Positions 47,031 to 57,820 are shown, counted from the first letter of the stretch. The stretch is 64,000 bases of DNA from Bacillota bacterium (GCA_963928415.1 CAWVEX010000045.1:587-64586), one strand, 5' to 3'. Notes: a model not told the origin generated them from the sequence alone. Numbers and translations are program-made.

Positions 47031-47096
47031 ATGATTTGTAACAAGTATTATAATAACACAAAAATTAGATTTAATCAAGTAAATTTTAAAAACAAA

Positions 47097-47369
47097 TTAT
47101 ATATTTTCATAATGAGACCATAGACTGATTATTTTTACTATTTTTTCTACGTCATAAACTTGATAAACTAATCTATGTTTAATGTTTATTCTTCTAGAAT
47201 ATGCTCCCTGCAAGTCACCAACTAACTTTTCATAAGGTGGTGGATTTTGAAAAGGATTTTCTCTTAAAATATCAATTAAAGATTTAGCCTTTTTAGCTAA
47301 ACCTTCATTTTTCAATTTTGAAATATCTTTAACAGCTTGTTTTATATATACGATTTTATACATTACCAT
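47097..47369 (-). CDS. yoeB: YoeB/Txe-family toxin.
   Basis: RINIKHRLVYQV...W.HY motif; 90 aa. Confidence 0.8.
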   Translation of the reverse strand: MVMYKIVYIKQAVKDISKLKNEGLAKKAKSLIDILRENPFQNPPPYEKLVGDLQGAYSRRINIKHRLVYQVYDVEKIVKIISLWSHYENI

Positions 47370-47611
47370 TTAACCTCATTTTCATCTATGCAATCTTTTA
47401 AATCTTCTTTTAAACCTTTAGTAATCTTATCTTTTAATCCAGGAACAGAAGAAATATATAATGTTTCAATTAAATTGTTATAATCTTCTTCTGAAATTAC
47501 AATAGCATTTCCATTTTTGGTTGAGATATTTAACGGTTCATTGTATTTTATTGTTTGTTCTAATAATTCATATATATCTTTCCTAAAGTTAGTAATATTA
47601 ACATTAGTCAT
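47363..47611 (-). CDS. yefM: YefM/Phd-family antitoxin.
   Basis: MTNVNITNFRKDIYELLEQ...; RBS GGAGGG. It overlaps the yoeB start by 7 nt. Confidence 0.75.
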   Translation of the reverse strand: MTNVNITNFRKDIYELLEQTIKYNEPLNISTKNGNAIVISEEDYNNLIETLYISSVPGLKDKITKGLKEDLKDCIDENEVKW

Positions 47612-47849
47612 AATCATACCCTCCGCTAAAAATATTATAGCATACGTTTTTACGTACGTCAAGTATATTATATTCATTTTTTTTATAATAATTCATTAAA
47701 TATAAATTTTTTAATAAAATTTATTAAAATCAAGCTTTATTAAATTCTTTACAAACCAATGTTCGTGTGTTAAAATAAAGTCAAATTTATTAAAAAAAGA
47801 GATTTTAAACTTAAATAATAAATAATAATTAGAAAGTACGAGGAAAACA

Positions 47850-49913
47850 ATGGTTGATTTAAAACAAGATGTAAAATATGTTAAAGGAGTAGGACCAAAT
47901 AAAGTTAAATTACTAAATAAATTAAATATATTTACTCTTAAAGACTTAATTACATATTATCCTAGAGATTATGAAGATAGAAGTATAATAACAAAATTAA
48001 ATGAAGTAAAAGATGGAGAAAAATATACAATTGAAGCTATAGCTTTAACAGAAGTAAATGTAAGATATATAAATAGATATAGAAACTTAGAAAAATTACT
48101 AGTAAAAGACGGAACAGATAATTGCGTAATTACTTGGTTTAATCAACCTTATGTAAAAGATAAAATAAAAAAAGGTGAAAAATATAGATTTTATGGAAAA
48201 GTAAGTATAAAAAATGGAATAATTGAAATAAATAGTCCTACATTTGATAGCATAGAAAATACAAAAAATACTGGTAAAATAATTCCAATATATCCATTAA
48301 CTAATTCACTTTCACAAAATGGCATAAGACAAATTATAGAAAATGGAATAAAACTTATAGATAATAAATTACCTGAAGTTTTACCTAATTATTTATTAAA
48401 AGAATATAATTTAATAGGTATAAATGAAGCTACAAAAGAAATACATTTTCCAAAAGATTTTACAGATTTTAATAAAGCAAGAAAAAGACTAGTGTTTGAT
48501 GAACTTTTATCAATGCAATTAGGCTTGCTTTCATTAAAATATGAAAATGATGAAGAGGTAAAAGGAATAAAATATGATGAAACTGTTCAAATGTCAGATG
48601 TAATAAACGATTTGCCTTTTAAATTAACTAACGCACAATTAAGAGTATTAGAAGATATAAATAAAGATATGGAAAATGAAAAGCCTATGAATAGACTTCT
48701 TCAAGGAGATGTTGGTTCAGGAAAAACTGTAGTATCCATGGTAGCAGCATATAAAGCAGTAAAAAGTGGCTATCAAGTAGCAGTTTTAGCTCCAACAATG
48801 ATATTAGCAAAACAACATGTACAAAATTATAAAAAAACCTTAGAAAAGTATGGAATAGTTTGCGCGGAACTAGTTGGAGGTATGACTGCAAAAAGAAAAA
48901 GAGAAGTATTAGAAAAAGTAGAAAACGGAGAGGTAGATATTTTAATAGGAACTCATGCACTTTTAGAAGAAAATGTAATATTTAAAAAATTAGGTTTAGT
49001 TGTAACTGATGAACAACATAGATTTGGAGTAAAGCAAAGGGCAAAGATTGTAGCAAAAGGAAATAATCCTGATGTATTAGTAATGACAGCAACTCCAATT
49101 CCAAGAACACTTGCTTTAATATTATATGGAGACCTAGATATTTCAATAATAGATGAACTTCCACCTAATAGAAAAAAGATTGAAACATATGCAGTAACAA
49201 AAGCATATGAGGAAAGAGTAAATAATTTTGTAAAACAGCAAGTTTTAAGTGGAAGACAAGCATATATTGTATGCCCACTAGTAGAAGAAGGAGAAGACGA
49301 AAGCACAGCAAATTTAAAAGCAGTTACAGAACTTTATGAAAAATATAAAAATGAAGTATTTAAAGAGTTTTCAGTAGAATATTTACACGGAAAAATGAAA
49401 GCAAAAGAGAAAGATGATATAATGAATAGATTTAAAAATGGAGAAATACAAATACTTATATCTACAACAGTAATAGAAGTAGGCGTAGATGTTCCAAATG
49501 CTAGTGTAATGGTAATAGAAAATGCAGAAAGATTTGGCTTAGCTCAGCTTCATCAGTTAAGAGGAAGAGTAGGAAGAGGAGAATATGCTTCATACTGTAT
49601 ACTAAAATATAATGGCGGAAGTGATATAACTAGACAAAGAATGCAAACAATGACTAAAACAGATAATGGATTTGAAATTGCAGAAAAAGACTTAGAACTA
49701 AGAGGCTCTGGCGAATTCTTTGGAACAAAACAACATGGACTTCCAGAATTTAAAATAGCAAATTTATTTCAAGATATGCAGGAATTAAAAGAAGTTCAAG
49801 CATTAGCTATAGAAATAATACAAAAAGATCCAAAGTTAGAAAAAGAAGAAAATAAACCACTAAAATTGTTAGTAAGAGAAAACTTTACATCAAAAGCAGA
49901 ACTTACGATTTAA
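47850..49913 (+). CDS. recG: ATP-dependent DNA helicase RecG.
   Basis: 687 aa with helicase motifs (GDVGSGKT, DEQHRFG). Confidence 0.95.
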   Translation: MVDLKQDVKYVKGVGPNKVKLLNKLNIFTLKDLITYYPRDYEDRSIITKLNEVKDGEKYTIEAIALTEVNVRYINRYRNLEKLLVKDGTDNCVITWFNQPYVKDKIKKGEKYRFYGKVSIKNGIIEINSPTFDSIENTKNTGKIIPIYPLTNSLSQNGIRQIIENGIKLIDNKLPEVLPNYLLKEYNLIGINEATKEIHFPKDFTDFNKARKRLVFDELLSMQLGLLSLKYENDEEVKGIKYDETVQMSDVINDLPFKLTNAQLRVLEDINKDMENEKPMNRLLQGDVGSGKTVVSMVAAYKAVKSGYQVAVLAPTMILAKQHVQNYKKTLEKYGIVCAELVGGMTAKRKREVLEKVENGEVDILIGTHALLEENVIFKKLGLVVTDEQHRFGVKQRAKIVAKGNNPDVLVMTATPIPRTLALILYGDLDISIIDELPPNRKKIETYAVTKAYEERVNNFVKQQVLSGRQAYIVCPLVEEGEDESTANLKAVTELYEKYKNEVFKEFSVEYLHGKMKAKEKDDIMNRFKNGEIQILISTTVIEVGVDVPNASVMVIENAERFGLAQLHQLRGRVGRGEYASYCILKYNGGSDITRQRMQTMTKTDNGFEIAEKDLELRGSGEFFGTKQHGLPEFKIANLFQDMQELKEVQALAIEIIQKDPKLEKEENKPLKLLVRENFTSKAELTI

Positions 49914-49952
49914 ACCCAAAGGGAACCCAAAGGGGACGCCCCTTTTTGGGTT
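49913..49952 (+). terminator. GC-rich palindromic terminator-like repeat, copy C, preceded by a partial tandem duplicate; it terminates recG.
   Basis: AACCCAAAGGG + AACCCAAAGGGGACGCCCCTTTTTGGGTT followed by TTTTT. Confidence 0.65.
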
Positions 49953-50038
49953 TTTATTAAATTACAGACAAAGTGTTAAATGCTAAATAATTTTTTTTTG
50001 AACTACACTCAAAGTTAAAAATATTTAAGAAAAAAATT

Positions 50039-50067
50039 AACCCAAAAAGGGGCGTCCCCTTTGGGTT
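50039..50067 (-). repeat. GC-rich palindromic repeat, copy D (exact reverse complement of copy C).
   Basis: AACCCAAAAAGGGGCGTCCCCTTTGGGTT, with an 86 bp AT-rich spacer between C and D. Confidence 0.6.
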
Positions 50068-50260
50068 ATTACAATGTTAAGAAAAATAGCTTAAAACTAT
50101 TGACTTTAGCCTGATTTTAGTATATAATAGAAAAGCATGTAAAAGAGATGCGTTGAAGTAGAATGTGGCTACACACTTGAAATACCAAGCGATGGAGGGA
50201 ACTTCTATGGAGTATGTCATGGCTAAGACCAAGGCGGTAAGTATAAATTATATAGCACTT

Positions 50261-50295
50261 ATCCCAAGATTATCATGCAAACTTGGGATTTTATG
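50261..50295 (+). promoter_or_regulatory. Attenuator-like stem-loop plus U-run in the S10-operon leader.
   Basis: ATCCCAAG(n13)CTTGGGAT followed by TTTTAT. It lies ~70 nt upstream of rpsJ. Confidence 0.4.
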
Positions 50296-50366
50296 TTGAA
50301 TATAAAAGAAACACAAGGGTGCGTTTATAACTTCCGACTAAAATAACATTTTAAGGAGGTAAAAAT

Positions 50367-50723
50367 ATGGCAACAAAGAAGAATTCAAAAGAAACAGTTA
50401 CAAAAACAAGTGCTGCAAAAAGCGAGAAGATCAGAATAAGACTTAAAGCTTATGATCATGTAGTTTTAGAACAGTCTGCTGAAAAAATAGTAGATACTGC
50501 TAAAAAGACAGGAGCAAAAGTTTCAGGACCTATTCCACTTCCAACAGAAAAGGAAGTTGTAACAGTTATTCGTTCTCCACACAAACACAAAGACTCAAGA
50601 GAACAATTTGAATTAAGAACTCATAAAAGAGTTATCGATATTCTTTATCCAACACAAAAAACAGTTGACAGTCTTATGAAAATAGACCTACCAGCTGGTG
50701 TAGATATAGAAATCAAATTATAA
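50367..50723 (+). CDS. rpsJ: 30S ribosomal protein S10 (with a ~16 aa Lys/Thr-rich N-terminal extension).
   Basis: The S10 core starts at [11 protein letters not shown]. Strong RBS AAGGAGG. Confidence 0.93.
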   Translation: MATKKNSKETVTKTSAAKSEKIRIRLKAYDHVVLEQSAEKIVDTAKKTGAKVSGPIPLPTEKEVVTVIRSPHKHKDSREQFELRTHKRVIDILYPTQKTVDSLMKIDLPAGVDIEIKL

Positions 50724-50793
50724 TTAATTATGCTATGCTGGCAAGTACAAATATTAATGTGCTAATTAAAATGTCAGCCAATAGGAGGAAAGT

Positions 50794-51423
50794 ATGAAAA
50801 AAGCATTAATAGGAAGAAAAGTTGGAATGACACAAATTTTTGATGAAGAAGGAAAAGTTATTCCAGTAACAGTAATTGAAGCTACACCATGTACAGTTAC
50901 ACAAATCAAAACTGTAGAACAAGATGGTTACCAAGCTGTTCAATTAGGATTTGGAGATGTTAAAGAAAAGAAACTTAATAAACCAGAATTAGGTCATTTA
51001 AGCAAAAACAAATTAGCTCCAAAGAAATATTTAAGAGAATTTAGATTAGATTCAGTAGAAGGACTAAAAGTTGGCGATGAACTTAAAGCTGATGTATTTG
51101 CAGCTGGAGACAAAGTTGACATTCAAGGAACTTCAAAGGGTAAAGGATTCCAAGGTGTTATTAAACGTCATGGACAATCAAGAGGACCAATGGGACATGG
51201 TTCAATGTATCACAGAAGACCAGGTTCAATGGGACCAACATCTACACCAGGTAGAGTATTCCCAGGTAAAAACTTACCAGGACATATGGGTGTAGAAACA
51301 GTTACAATTCAAAATTTAGAAGTTGTAAAAGTAGATTTAGATAAAAATGTAATCTTAGTAAAAGGAAGCGTTCCTGGAACAAAAGGTTCAATCTTAAAAA
51401 TAAAATCAAGTGTAAAAGCATAA
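50794..51423 (+). CDS. rplC: 50S ribosomal protein L3.
   Basis: L3 similarity. Confidence 0.95.
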   Translation: MKKALIGRKVGMTQIFDEEGKVIPVTVIEATPCTVTQIKTVEQDGYQAVQLGFGDVKEKKLNKPELGHLSKNKLAPKKYLREFRLDSVEGLKVGDELKADVFAAGDKVDIQGTSKGKGFQGVIKRHGQSRGPMGHGSMYHRRPGSMGPTSTPGRVFPGKNLPGHMGVETVTIQNLEVVKVDLDKNVILVKGSVPGTKGSILKIKSSVKA

Positions 51424-51439
51424 GGAAGGAGGAAAGAAG

Positions 51440-52063
51440 ATGCCTAAAGTAGACGTATTAAGCATAGATGGAAAGAAAGTTAAAGAACTAGAACTTAATG
51501 AAAACGTATTTGGTATTGAACCAAATGAAAATATAGTTCATAGTGTAATAGTTAATTACTTAGCAAATCAAAGACAAGGAACACAAAATACAAAAACAAG
51601 AGCAGAAGTTTCTGGTGGTGGAAGAAAACCATGGAGACAAAAAGGAACAGGTCGTGCAAGGCAAGGTTCAATAAGAGCTCCACAATGGATAAAAGGTGGT
51701 ATAGCATTAGGACCAAGACCACGTTCATATTCTTATAAAATAAATAAGAAAGAAAAGAGATTAGCAATCAAATCAATACTAAGCTCAAAAGTTGCAGAAA
51801 AAGAATTAGTTGTTTTAGATAAATTAGAATTAAAAGAAATCAAAACAGCTAATATGGTAAAAGTATTAAATAATGTTAAAGCAGAAGGAAAAACATTAAT
51901 ATTATTACCAGCAAACAATGAAAACGTATTAAAATCATCAAGAAATATTGAAGGTGTTAAAACATTAACAGTTGATACAATCAATGCTTATGATTTAGTT
52001 AAATACAACAACTTAGTAGTAACAGAAGACACTGTTAAAAAATTAGAGGAGGTGTACGCATAA
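51440..52063 (+). CDS. rplD: 50S ribosomal protein L4.
   Basis: L4 similarity. Confidence 0.95.
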   Translation: MPKVDVLSIDGKKVKELELNENVFGIEPNENIVHSVIVNYLANQRQGTQNTKTRAEVSGGGRKPWRQKGTGRARQGSIRAPQWIKGGIALGPRPRSYSYKINKKEKRLAIKSILSSKVAEKELVVLDKLELKEIKTANMVKVLNNVKAEGKTLILLPANNENVLKSSRNIEGVKTLTVDTINAYDLVKYNNLVVTEDTVKKLEEVYA

Positions 52064-52410
52064 TGAAACCAGAAGATGTTATAATTGCCCCAGTTGTTAC
52101 AGAAAAGAGCAATGACAGTATTAATCTTGGTAAGTATACCTTTAAAGTTAATAAAAATGCTACAAAGGTAGATATTGCAAGAGCAGTAGAAAAATTATTT
52201 GAAGTTAAAGTATTAAAAGTTAATACAATGACTGTAAAAGGAAAAGAAAAAAGAGTTGGAAGAAGCGTTGGAAAAACTTCTGACTGGAAAAAAGCTATTG
52301 TTACTATAGATACAAATCCAGGTGATTTATCTTACATCGCAAAAGGTGGAAAAGTAACAAAAGTTTCTAAAAAATACAAAGATTCAATTGATGAATTTGT
52401 AGGAGCTTAA
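52063..52410 (+). CDS. rplW: 50S ribosomal protein L23 (with a ~18 aa C-terminal extension).
   Basis: L23 similarity. Its start ATG overlaps the rplD stop (ATAATGA). Confidence 0.93.
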   Translation: MKPEDVIIAPVVTEKSNDSINLGKYTFKVNKNATKVDIARAVEKLFEVKVLKVNTMTVKGKEKRVGRSVGKTSDWKKAIVTIDTNPGDLSYIAKGGKVTKVSKKYKDSIDEFVGA

Positions 52411-52508
52411 AAAGCATAAAAGTATCGAGAAATAACTCGGATAATAAAAAATATCTGTTTAAGTAGAGCAGGAAAAAATCTACTAAATAAGTAAAGGAGA
52501 ATAATAAA

Positions 52509-53336
52509 ATGGGAACAAAGAAATTTAGACCAATTACTCCATCACTTAGAGGAATGGCTGTATCAGATTTTTCTGAAATAACAAAAAAGACACCTGAAAA
52601 ATCTTTACTAGAAGTAAAGAAATCAAAAGCAGGAAGAAATGCACAAGGAAAAATTACAGTTAGACATCAAGGTGGCGGAAACAGACAAAAATATAGAAAA
52701 ATTGATTTCAAAAGAAATAAATTAGATATGGAAGCAGAAGTACTTGGAATTGAGTACGATCCAAATAGAAGTGCAAATATAGCTTTAATCAAATATACAG
52801 ATGGAACACTTTCATATATATTAGCTCCAAAAGGATTAAAAGATGGAGATAAAGTTATATCAGCAGATACAGCAGATATCAAACCTGGTAACTGCTTAAA
52901 ATTAGAAAATATACCAGTTGGTACATTAATTCACAATGTAGAAATTAATCCAAACCAAGGTGGTAAATTAGTAAGAGCAGCTGGACAATCAGCTCAATTA
53001 ATGGCTAAGGAAGGTAAATATGCTCATTTAAGATTACCATCAGGCGAAATGAGACTAGTTTTAGCTTGTTGCAAAGCAACAATAGGTGTTATAGGAAATG
53101 AAGAACACGAAAACGTAAAACTAGGAAAAGCTGGTAAAACAAGACACTTAGGAGTACGTCCTACAGTTAGAGGTTCTGTAATGAACCCAGTTGATCACCC
53201 TCATGGTGGTGGTGAAGGTAAAGCACCAGTTGGTCACGCTGGACCAATGACTCCTTGGGGCAAACCAGCACTTGGATATAAGACAAGAGCAAAACACAAA
53301 AAATCAAATAGATTAATTACAAAGAGAAGAAAATAA
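52509..53336 (+). CDS. rplB: 50S ribosomal protein L2.
   Basis: L2 similarity. Confidence 0.95.
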   Translation: MGTKKFRPITPSLRGMAVSDFSEITKKTPEKSLLEVKKSKAGRNAQGKITVRHQGGGNRQKYRKIDFKRNKLDMEAEVLGIEYDPNRSANIALIKYTDGTLSYILAPKGLKDGDKVISADTADIKPGNCLKLENIPVGTLIHNVEINPNQGGKLVRAAGQSAQLMAKEGKYAHLRLPSGEMRLVLACCKATIGVIGNEEHENVKLGKAGKTRHLGVRPTVRGSVMNPVDHPHGGGEGKAPVGHAGPMTPWGKPALGYKTRAKHKKSNRLITKRRK

Positions 53337-53409
53337 TTAATTGCCAGGTATTTTAAGAGAAAGGAGAAAACTCCCATTCTCTTAAAGTAAAGGTAGAAAG
53401 GAGAATAAA

Positions 53410-53688
53410 ATGTCAAGATCAAGCAAGAAAAAACCATATGTTGCACCAGAATTATTAAAAAGAATTGAAGCTATGAACGAAAGTGGAAATAAAGAAGTTT
53501 TAAAAACATGGTCAAGAGCTTCAACAATATACCCACAAATGGTTGGACACACAATAGCTGTTCATGACGGAAGAAAACATGTTCCAGTATACATTACAGA
53601 AGAAATGATTGGACATAAATTAGGTGAGTTTGCTCCTACAAGAACATTTAAAGGACATTCAGGAGACAAAACAACTACAACAAAATAA
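53410..53688 (+). CDS. rpsS: 30S ribosomal protein S19.
   Basis: S19 similarity. Confidence 0.95.
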   Translation: MSRSSKKKPYVAPELLKRIEAMNESGNKEVLKTWSRASTIYPQMVGHTIAVHDGRKHVPVYITEEMIGHKLGEFAPTRTFKGHSGDKTTTTK

Positions 53689-53715
53689 TAAGTTATAAAA
53701 AGGAGGTAATTTACA

Positions 53716-54273
53716 GTGGCAGACGAGAAAGAAAAGAAAGTAACTACTACTAAAAAGGCAGCAGAAACAAAGAAAACAACAAAAACTACAGCTTCTAAAA
53801 CAAATGCAGCTAAAACAACAGCAGCAAAGAAAGAAACTGTAAAGAAAGAAGAAGTAAAAACTGCAGCAAAGAAAGTAGAAGAAACAAAAAATACAGTTAA
53901 AGTAGAAAAATCTGAAAACAAATCTGAAACTGAAGAATTAGTAGCTAAAGCTACAGTTAAATATGCAAGAATTTCTAGTAGAAAAATTGCTATTGTTGCA
54001 AACTTAATTAGAGGAAAAAATGTTGATGAAGCATTAGCAATATTAAAATTCACACCAAAAGCAGGTAGTGAAGTATTAGAAAAATTATTAAAATCAGCTA
54101 TAGCAAATGCAGAAAATAATAATCAAATGAGTCATTCAAAATTATATATAGCTGAAATATATTCAAATCAAGGTCCTACATTAAAGAGAATAAGACCTGC
54201 AGCAAAAGGTTCAGCTGTTAGAATTAGAAAAAGAACAAGCAATACTACAATAGTATTAAAAGAACGTGTATAA
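53716..54273 (+). CDS. rplV: 50S ribosomal protein L22 with a ~73 aa Lys/Ala/Thr-rich low-complexity N-terminal extension.
   Basis: The L22 core starts at [14 protein letters not shown]. No in-frame start codon lies between the GTG at 53716 (RBS AAGGAGG) and the core. Confidence 0.85.
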   Translation: MADEKEKKVTTTKKAAETKKTTKTTASKTNAAKTTAAKKETVKKEEVKTAAKKVEETKNTVKVEKSENKSETEELVAKATVKYARISSRKIAIVANLIRGKNVDEALAILKFTPKAGSEVLEKLLKSAIANAENNNQMSHSKLYIAEIYSNQGPTLKRIRPAAKGSAVRIRKRTSNTTIVLKERV

Positions 54274-54296
54274 ATTAAAGAAGGAGGCATAGACAA

Positions 54297-54983
54297 ATGG
54301 GACAAAAAGTAGACCCACGTGGATACAGAGTTGGTGTTATCAATGATTGGAGCTCAAAATGGTATGCAGATAAAAAACATTACAGCGACTATTTAGTTGA
54401 AGACCACAAGATCCGTGAATATGTTAAGAAAAAGTTATATGTTAGTGGAATTTCAAAAATAGAAATTGAAAGAACACCAAAATTTGTTAAAGTTAATGTT
54501 TACACAGCAAAACCAGGTCTAGTAATTGGTAAAGGTGGAAACTTAGCTGAGAGTTTAAAATCAGAAATTGAAAAAATGATTAATAAACAAGTAAATTTAA
54601 ATATAGTTGAAGTTAAAGATGTTGATACAAATGCTCAATTAGTAGCAGAAAACATCGCAGGACAACTAGAAAGAAGAATTTCATTCAGACGTGCTATGAA
54701 ACAATGTATGCAAAAAGCTATGAAATCAGGTGCTTTAGGAATTAAAACTTCAGTATCTGGAAGATTAGGTGGAGCAGACATGGCTAGAACTGAATTCTAT
54801 AAAGAAGGAACAGTTCCTCTTCAAACTTTAAGAGCAGACATAGATTATGGATTTGCAGAAGCAAATACAACATATGGAAAAGTTGGTGTTAAAGTTTGGA
54901 TATATAAAGGCGAAGTTCTTCCAACAAAAAAGAATAAAGTAGAAGGAGGAGATAATCATGCCATTAATGCCAAAAAAGACTAA
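54297..54983 (+). CDS. rpsC: 30S ribosomal protein S3.
   Basis: S3 similarity. Confidence 0.95.
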   Translation: MGQKVDPRGYRVGVINDWSSKWYADKKHYSDYLVEDHKIREYVKKKLYVSGISKIEIERTPKFVKVNVYTAKPGLVIGKGGNLAESLKSEIEKMINKQVNLNIVEVKDVDTNAQLVAENIAGQLERRISFRRAMKQCMQKAMKSGALGIKTSVSGRLGGADMARTEFYKEGTVPLQTLRADIDYGFAEANTTYGKVGVKVWIYKGEVLPTKKNKVEGGDNHAINAKKD

Positions 54984-55398
54984 GTTTAGAAAAATGCAAA
55001 AAGGTAGAATTAGGGGAAAAGCTACTAGAGGAAATAAAGTAACAGATGGAGAATATGGACTTCAAGCATTAGAACTAGGATTAATCACCTCAAATCAAAT
55101 CGAAGCAGCCCGTGTTGCTATGACAAGATATATCAAAAGAGGTGGAAAAGTTTGGATTAAAATATTCCCAGACAAACCAATAACAAGTAAACCTATCGGT
55201 ACTCGTATGGGTAAAGGAAAAGGTAATGTTGAATATTGGGTAGCACCTGTAAAACCAGGAAGAATAATGTTTGAAATGGGAGGAGTTTCAGAAGATGTTG
55301 CTAGAGAAGCATTACGTCTTGCTGGAAACAAACTATCTGTTAAAGCTAAATTTGTAAAAAAAGAAACTGAAATAGGTGGTGATAAAGATGAAGATTAA
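54958..55398 (+). CDS. rplP: 50S ribosomal protein L16.
   Basis: L16 similarity. It overlaps the 3' end of rpsC; RBS AGGAGGAG. An alternative start lies at 54967. Confidence 0.9.
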   Translation: MPLMPKKTKFRKMQKGRIRGKATRGNKVTDGEYGLQALELGLITSNQIEAARVAMTRYIKRGGKVWIKIFPDKPITSKPIGTRMGKGKGNVEYWVAPVKPGRIMFEMGGVSEDVAREALRLAGNKLSVKAKFVKKETEIGGDKDED

Positions 55399-55591
55399 TA
55401 AAATAAGAGAAATGTCTTCACCAGATTTAGAGAAAGAATTAGGAGAACTAAAAACAGAGTTATTTAAACTAAGATTTAGTTTAGCAACAAATGGATTAGA
55501 TAATCCTATGAAAATCAAAGAAGTAAAGAAAGACATTGCAAGAATAAATACAATTCTAACAGAAAGAAAGTTAGAAGAAAGTAAAAAATAA
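55388..55591 (+). CDS. rpmC: 50S ribosomal protein L29.
   Basis: L29 similarity from [10 protein letters not shown]. The track start at 55376 is upstream of the RBS-supported ATG. Confidence 0.9.
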   Translation: MKINKIREMSSPDLEKELGELKTELFKLRFSLATNGLDNPMKIKEVKKDIARINTILTERKLEESKK

Positions 55592-55608
55592 AGAAAGGAG
55601 ATACCATA

Positions 55609-55872
55609 ATGGTAGAAAGAAATCTTCGTAAAACAATGATAGGAAAAGTTGTATCTGACAAAATGGATAAAACAGTAGTTGTAGCAGTTGAAACAAGAAA
55701 AATGGATAAGACATATGGTAAGATTAAAAAATCAACATACAAATTAAAAGCTCATGACGAAGAAAATAAATGCCAAGTTGGAGATACAGTTAAAGTTATG
55801 GAAACAAGACCTTTATCTAAAGATAAAAGATGGAGAGTTGTTGAAATAACTGAAAAGGCAGTAATAAAATAA
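55609..55872 (+). CDS. rpsQ: 30S ribosomal protein S17.
   Basis: S17 similarity. Confidence 0.95.
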   Translation: MVERNLRKTMIGKVVSDKMDKTVVVAVETRKMDKTYGKIKKSTYKLKAHDEENKCQVGDTVKVMETRPLSKDKRWRVVEITEKAVIK

Positions 55873-55894
55873 ATAAAAAAGGAGGAATCAAGCT

Positions 55895-56263
55895 ATGGTA
55901 CAGCAACAAACTATACTTAAAGTAGCTGATAACACAGGAGCTAAAGAAATAATGGTTATTAGAGCTCTAGGTGGTTCATATAGAAAATATGCATCAGTTG
56001 GTGATGTAATAGTTGCTTCTGTTAAAAGTGCAACACCAGGCGGCGTTGTAAAAAAAGGTGAAGTTGTTAAAGCAGTAGTTGTTAGAACAAAGAAACCTAT
56101 TAGAAGAGCCGATGGAACAATGGTAAGATTTGATGAAAATGCAGCAGTTATAATAAAAGATGATAAAACACCAAGAGGAACACGTATATTTGGACCTGTT
56201 GCAAGAGAATTAAGAGATAATGATTATATGAAAATATTATCTCTAGCACCAGAAGTTTTATAA
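55895..56263 (+). CDS. rplN: 50S ribosomal protein L14.
   Basis: L14 similarity. Confidence 0.95.
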   Translation: MVQQQTILKVADNTGAKEIMVIRALGGSYRKYASVGDVIVASVKSATPGGVVKKGEVVKAVVVRTKKPIRRADGTMVRFDENAAVIIKDDKTPRGTRIFGPVARELRDNDYMKILSLAPEVL

Positions 56264-56281
56264 TAGAAAGAGGTGAAATAC

Positions 56282-56599
56282 ATGAAATTAAGAAAAGGAG
56301 ATAATGTAAAAGTATTATCTGGAAACGATAAAGGTAAAACTGGAGAAATACTAGAAGTAATTCCTAAGAAAAATAAAATCGTTGTAAAAGACGTAAATAT
56401 AAGAAAAAGAGCAACAAAACCTAGAAAAGCAGGAGAAGAAGGTGGAATTATAGCATCAGAACATCCTATTAATTCAAGTAATGTTGCAGTAGTATGCCCA
56501 AAATGCGGAAAAGCAGTAAGAGTTGGTTATAAAGTAACTGAAAATGGCAAAGTACGTGTTTGCAAATCATGTGGAGCAGAATTAAAGAAAGTTAAATAA
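56282..56599 (+). CDS. rplX: 50S ribosomal protein L24 (with a C4 zinc-ribbon variant CPKCGK...CKSCG).
   Basis: L24 similarity from MKLRKGDNVKVLSG; RBS GAGGTG. Confidence 0.9.
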   Translation: MKLRKGDNVKVLSGNDKGKTGEILEVIPKKNKIVVKDVNIRKRATKPRKAGEEGGIIASEHPINSSNVAVVCPKCGKAVRVGYKVTENGKVRVCKSCGAELKKVK

Positions 56600-56626
56600 T
56601 AGGGAAAGGAGGTCTATTTAAGACTT

Positions 56627-57166
56627 ATGGAAATTTTAAGAGAACAATATGAAAAAGAAATAATCCCAGCATTAATGAAAAAATTTAACTATAAATCAGT
56701 TATGGAAGTTCCAAGACTTGAAAAAATAGTTTTAAATATAGGTTTAGGTGATACAAAAGAAGATCCTAAATCATTAGACGGAGCTGTAAGAGATGTTATG
56801 GCAATAACAGGTCAAAAACCAGTTATAACAAAATCTAAAAAATCAATAGCAGCTTTCAAATTAAGAGCTGGTGTAAATGTAGGAGTTAAAGTTACATTAA
56901 GAAAAGGAAAAATGTATGATTTTGCATTCAAACTATTCAATGTAGCACTTCCTAGAGTTAGAGATTTTAGAGGAGTATCAAGCGATTCATTTGATGGCAG
57001 AGGAAACTACTCAATGGGTATTAAAGAACAATTAATATTCCCAGAAATCGAATATGATAAAGTAGATAAAGTAAGAGGAATGGACATCATATTTGTTACA
57101 ACTGCTAAAACAGACGAAGAGGCTAAAGAATTATTAACTCTTCTTGGAATGCCATTCAAAAAATAA
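56627..57166 (+). CDS. rplE: 50S ribosomal protein L5.
   Basis: L5 similarity. Confidence 0.95.
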   Translation: MEILREQYEKEIIPALMKKFNYKSVMEVPRLEKIVLNIGLGDTKEDPKSLDGAVRDVMAITGQKPVITKSKKSIAAFKLRAGVNVGVKVTLRKGKMYDFAFKLFNVALPRVRDFRGVSSDSFDGRGNYSMGIKEQLIFPEIEYDKVDKVRGMDIIFVTTAKTDEEAKELLTLLGMPFKK

Positions 57167-57188
57167 TATAAGGAGGAATTAGAATAAG

Positions 57189-57374
57189 ATGGCTAAGAAA
57201 TCTTTAAAAGTAAAGCAAGCTAGACCACAAAAATATAAGACTAGAGAATACAATAGATGCAAAATTTGTGGAAGACCACATGCTTATATAAGAAAATATG
57301 GAATTTGCCGTATATGCTTTAGAGAATTAGCACATAAAGGTGAAATCCCAGGTGTAAAAAAAGCAAGCTGGTAA
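57189..57374 (+). CDS. rpsZ: 30S ribosomal protein S14 type Z (zinc-binding, 61 aa).
   Basis: [23 protein letters not shown]. Confidence 0.95.
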   Translation: MAKKSLKVKQARPQKYKTREYNRCKICGRPHAYIRKYGICRICFRELAHKGEIPGVKKASW

Positions 57375-57421
57375 TTTTAAACAAAATCAGCATCAAATAA
57401 AATAAAAAGGAGGGAAAAGAA

Positions 57422-57820
57422 TTGAATACAACAGACCCAATAGCAGATATGCTAACAAGAATAAGAAACGCAAATAGTGCTAAGCATAAGGAAGTTGATA
57501 TTCCAGCATCAAATATGAAAAGAGCTATAGCTCAAATCTTACTTGATGAAGGATATATAGCATCTTTTGAAGAAATAAAAGATGAAAAGCAAGGAATGTT
57601 AAGAATTACTCTAAAATATGATGAAAACGGAAAAAGAGTAATAGATGGTTTAAAAAGAATTAGTAAACCAGGTTTAAGAATATATGTTAACAAAGAAGAA
57701 TTACCACAAGTATTAAATGGTTTAGGTATAGCTTTAATTTCAACATCTAAAGGAATCAAAACAGACAAAGAAGCAAGAAAAGAAGGTTTAGGTGGAGAAG
57801 TTCTAGCTTATGTATGGTAA
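57422..57820 (+). CDS. rpsH: 30S ribosomal protein S8.
   Basis: S8 similarity ([13 protein letters not shown]); TTG start with an RBS. Confidence 0.93.
   Translation: MNTTDPIADMLTRIRNANSAKHKEVDIPASNMKRAIAQILLDEGYIASFEEIKDEKQGMLRITLKYDENGKRVIDGLKRISKPGLRIYVNKEELPQVLNGLGIALISTSKGIKTDKEARKEGLGGEVLAYVW

Noticed and set aside
46881-47078. Minus-strand ORF, and the 5' extension of the M23 peptidase ORF to 46989
   Set aside because: Both overlap the tRNA-Trp gene (46956-47030). The peptidase has an RBS-supported start at 46884.
31057-50067. Repeated GC-rich 29 bp units considered as a possible CRISPR array
   Set aside because: There are only four copies, arranged as inverted rather than direct repeats. 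They sit 19 kb apart at gene ends, with no regular spacers and no cas genes. They fit terminator-like palindromic repeats.
53562-54053. 163 aa minus-strand ORF antisense to rpsS/rplV
   Set aside because: It lies entirely within highly conserved ribosomal protein genes. Its low-complexity composition is an antisense artefact of the Lys/Ala/Thr-rich L22 extension, and it has no RBS.
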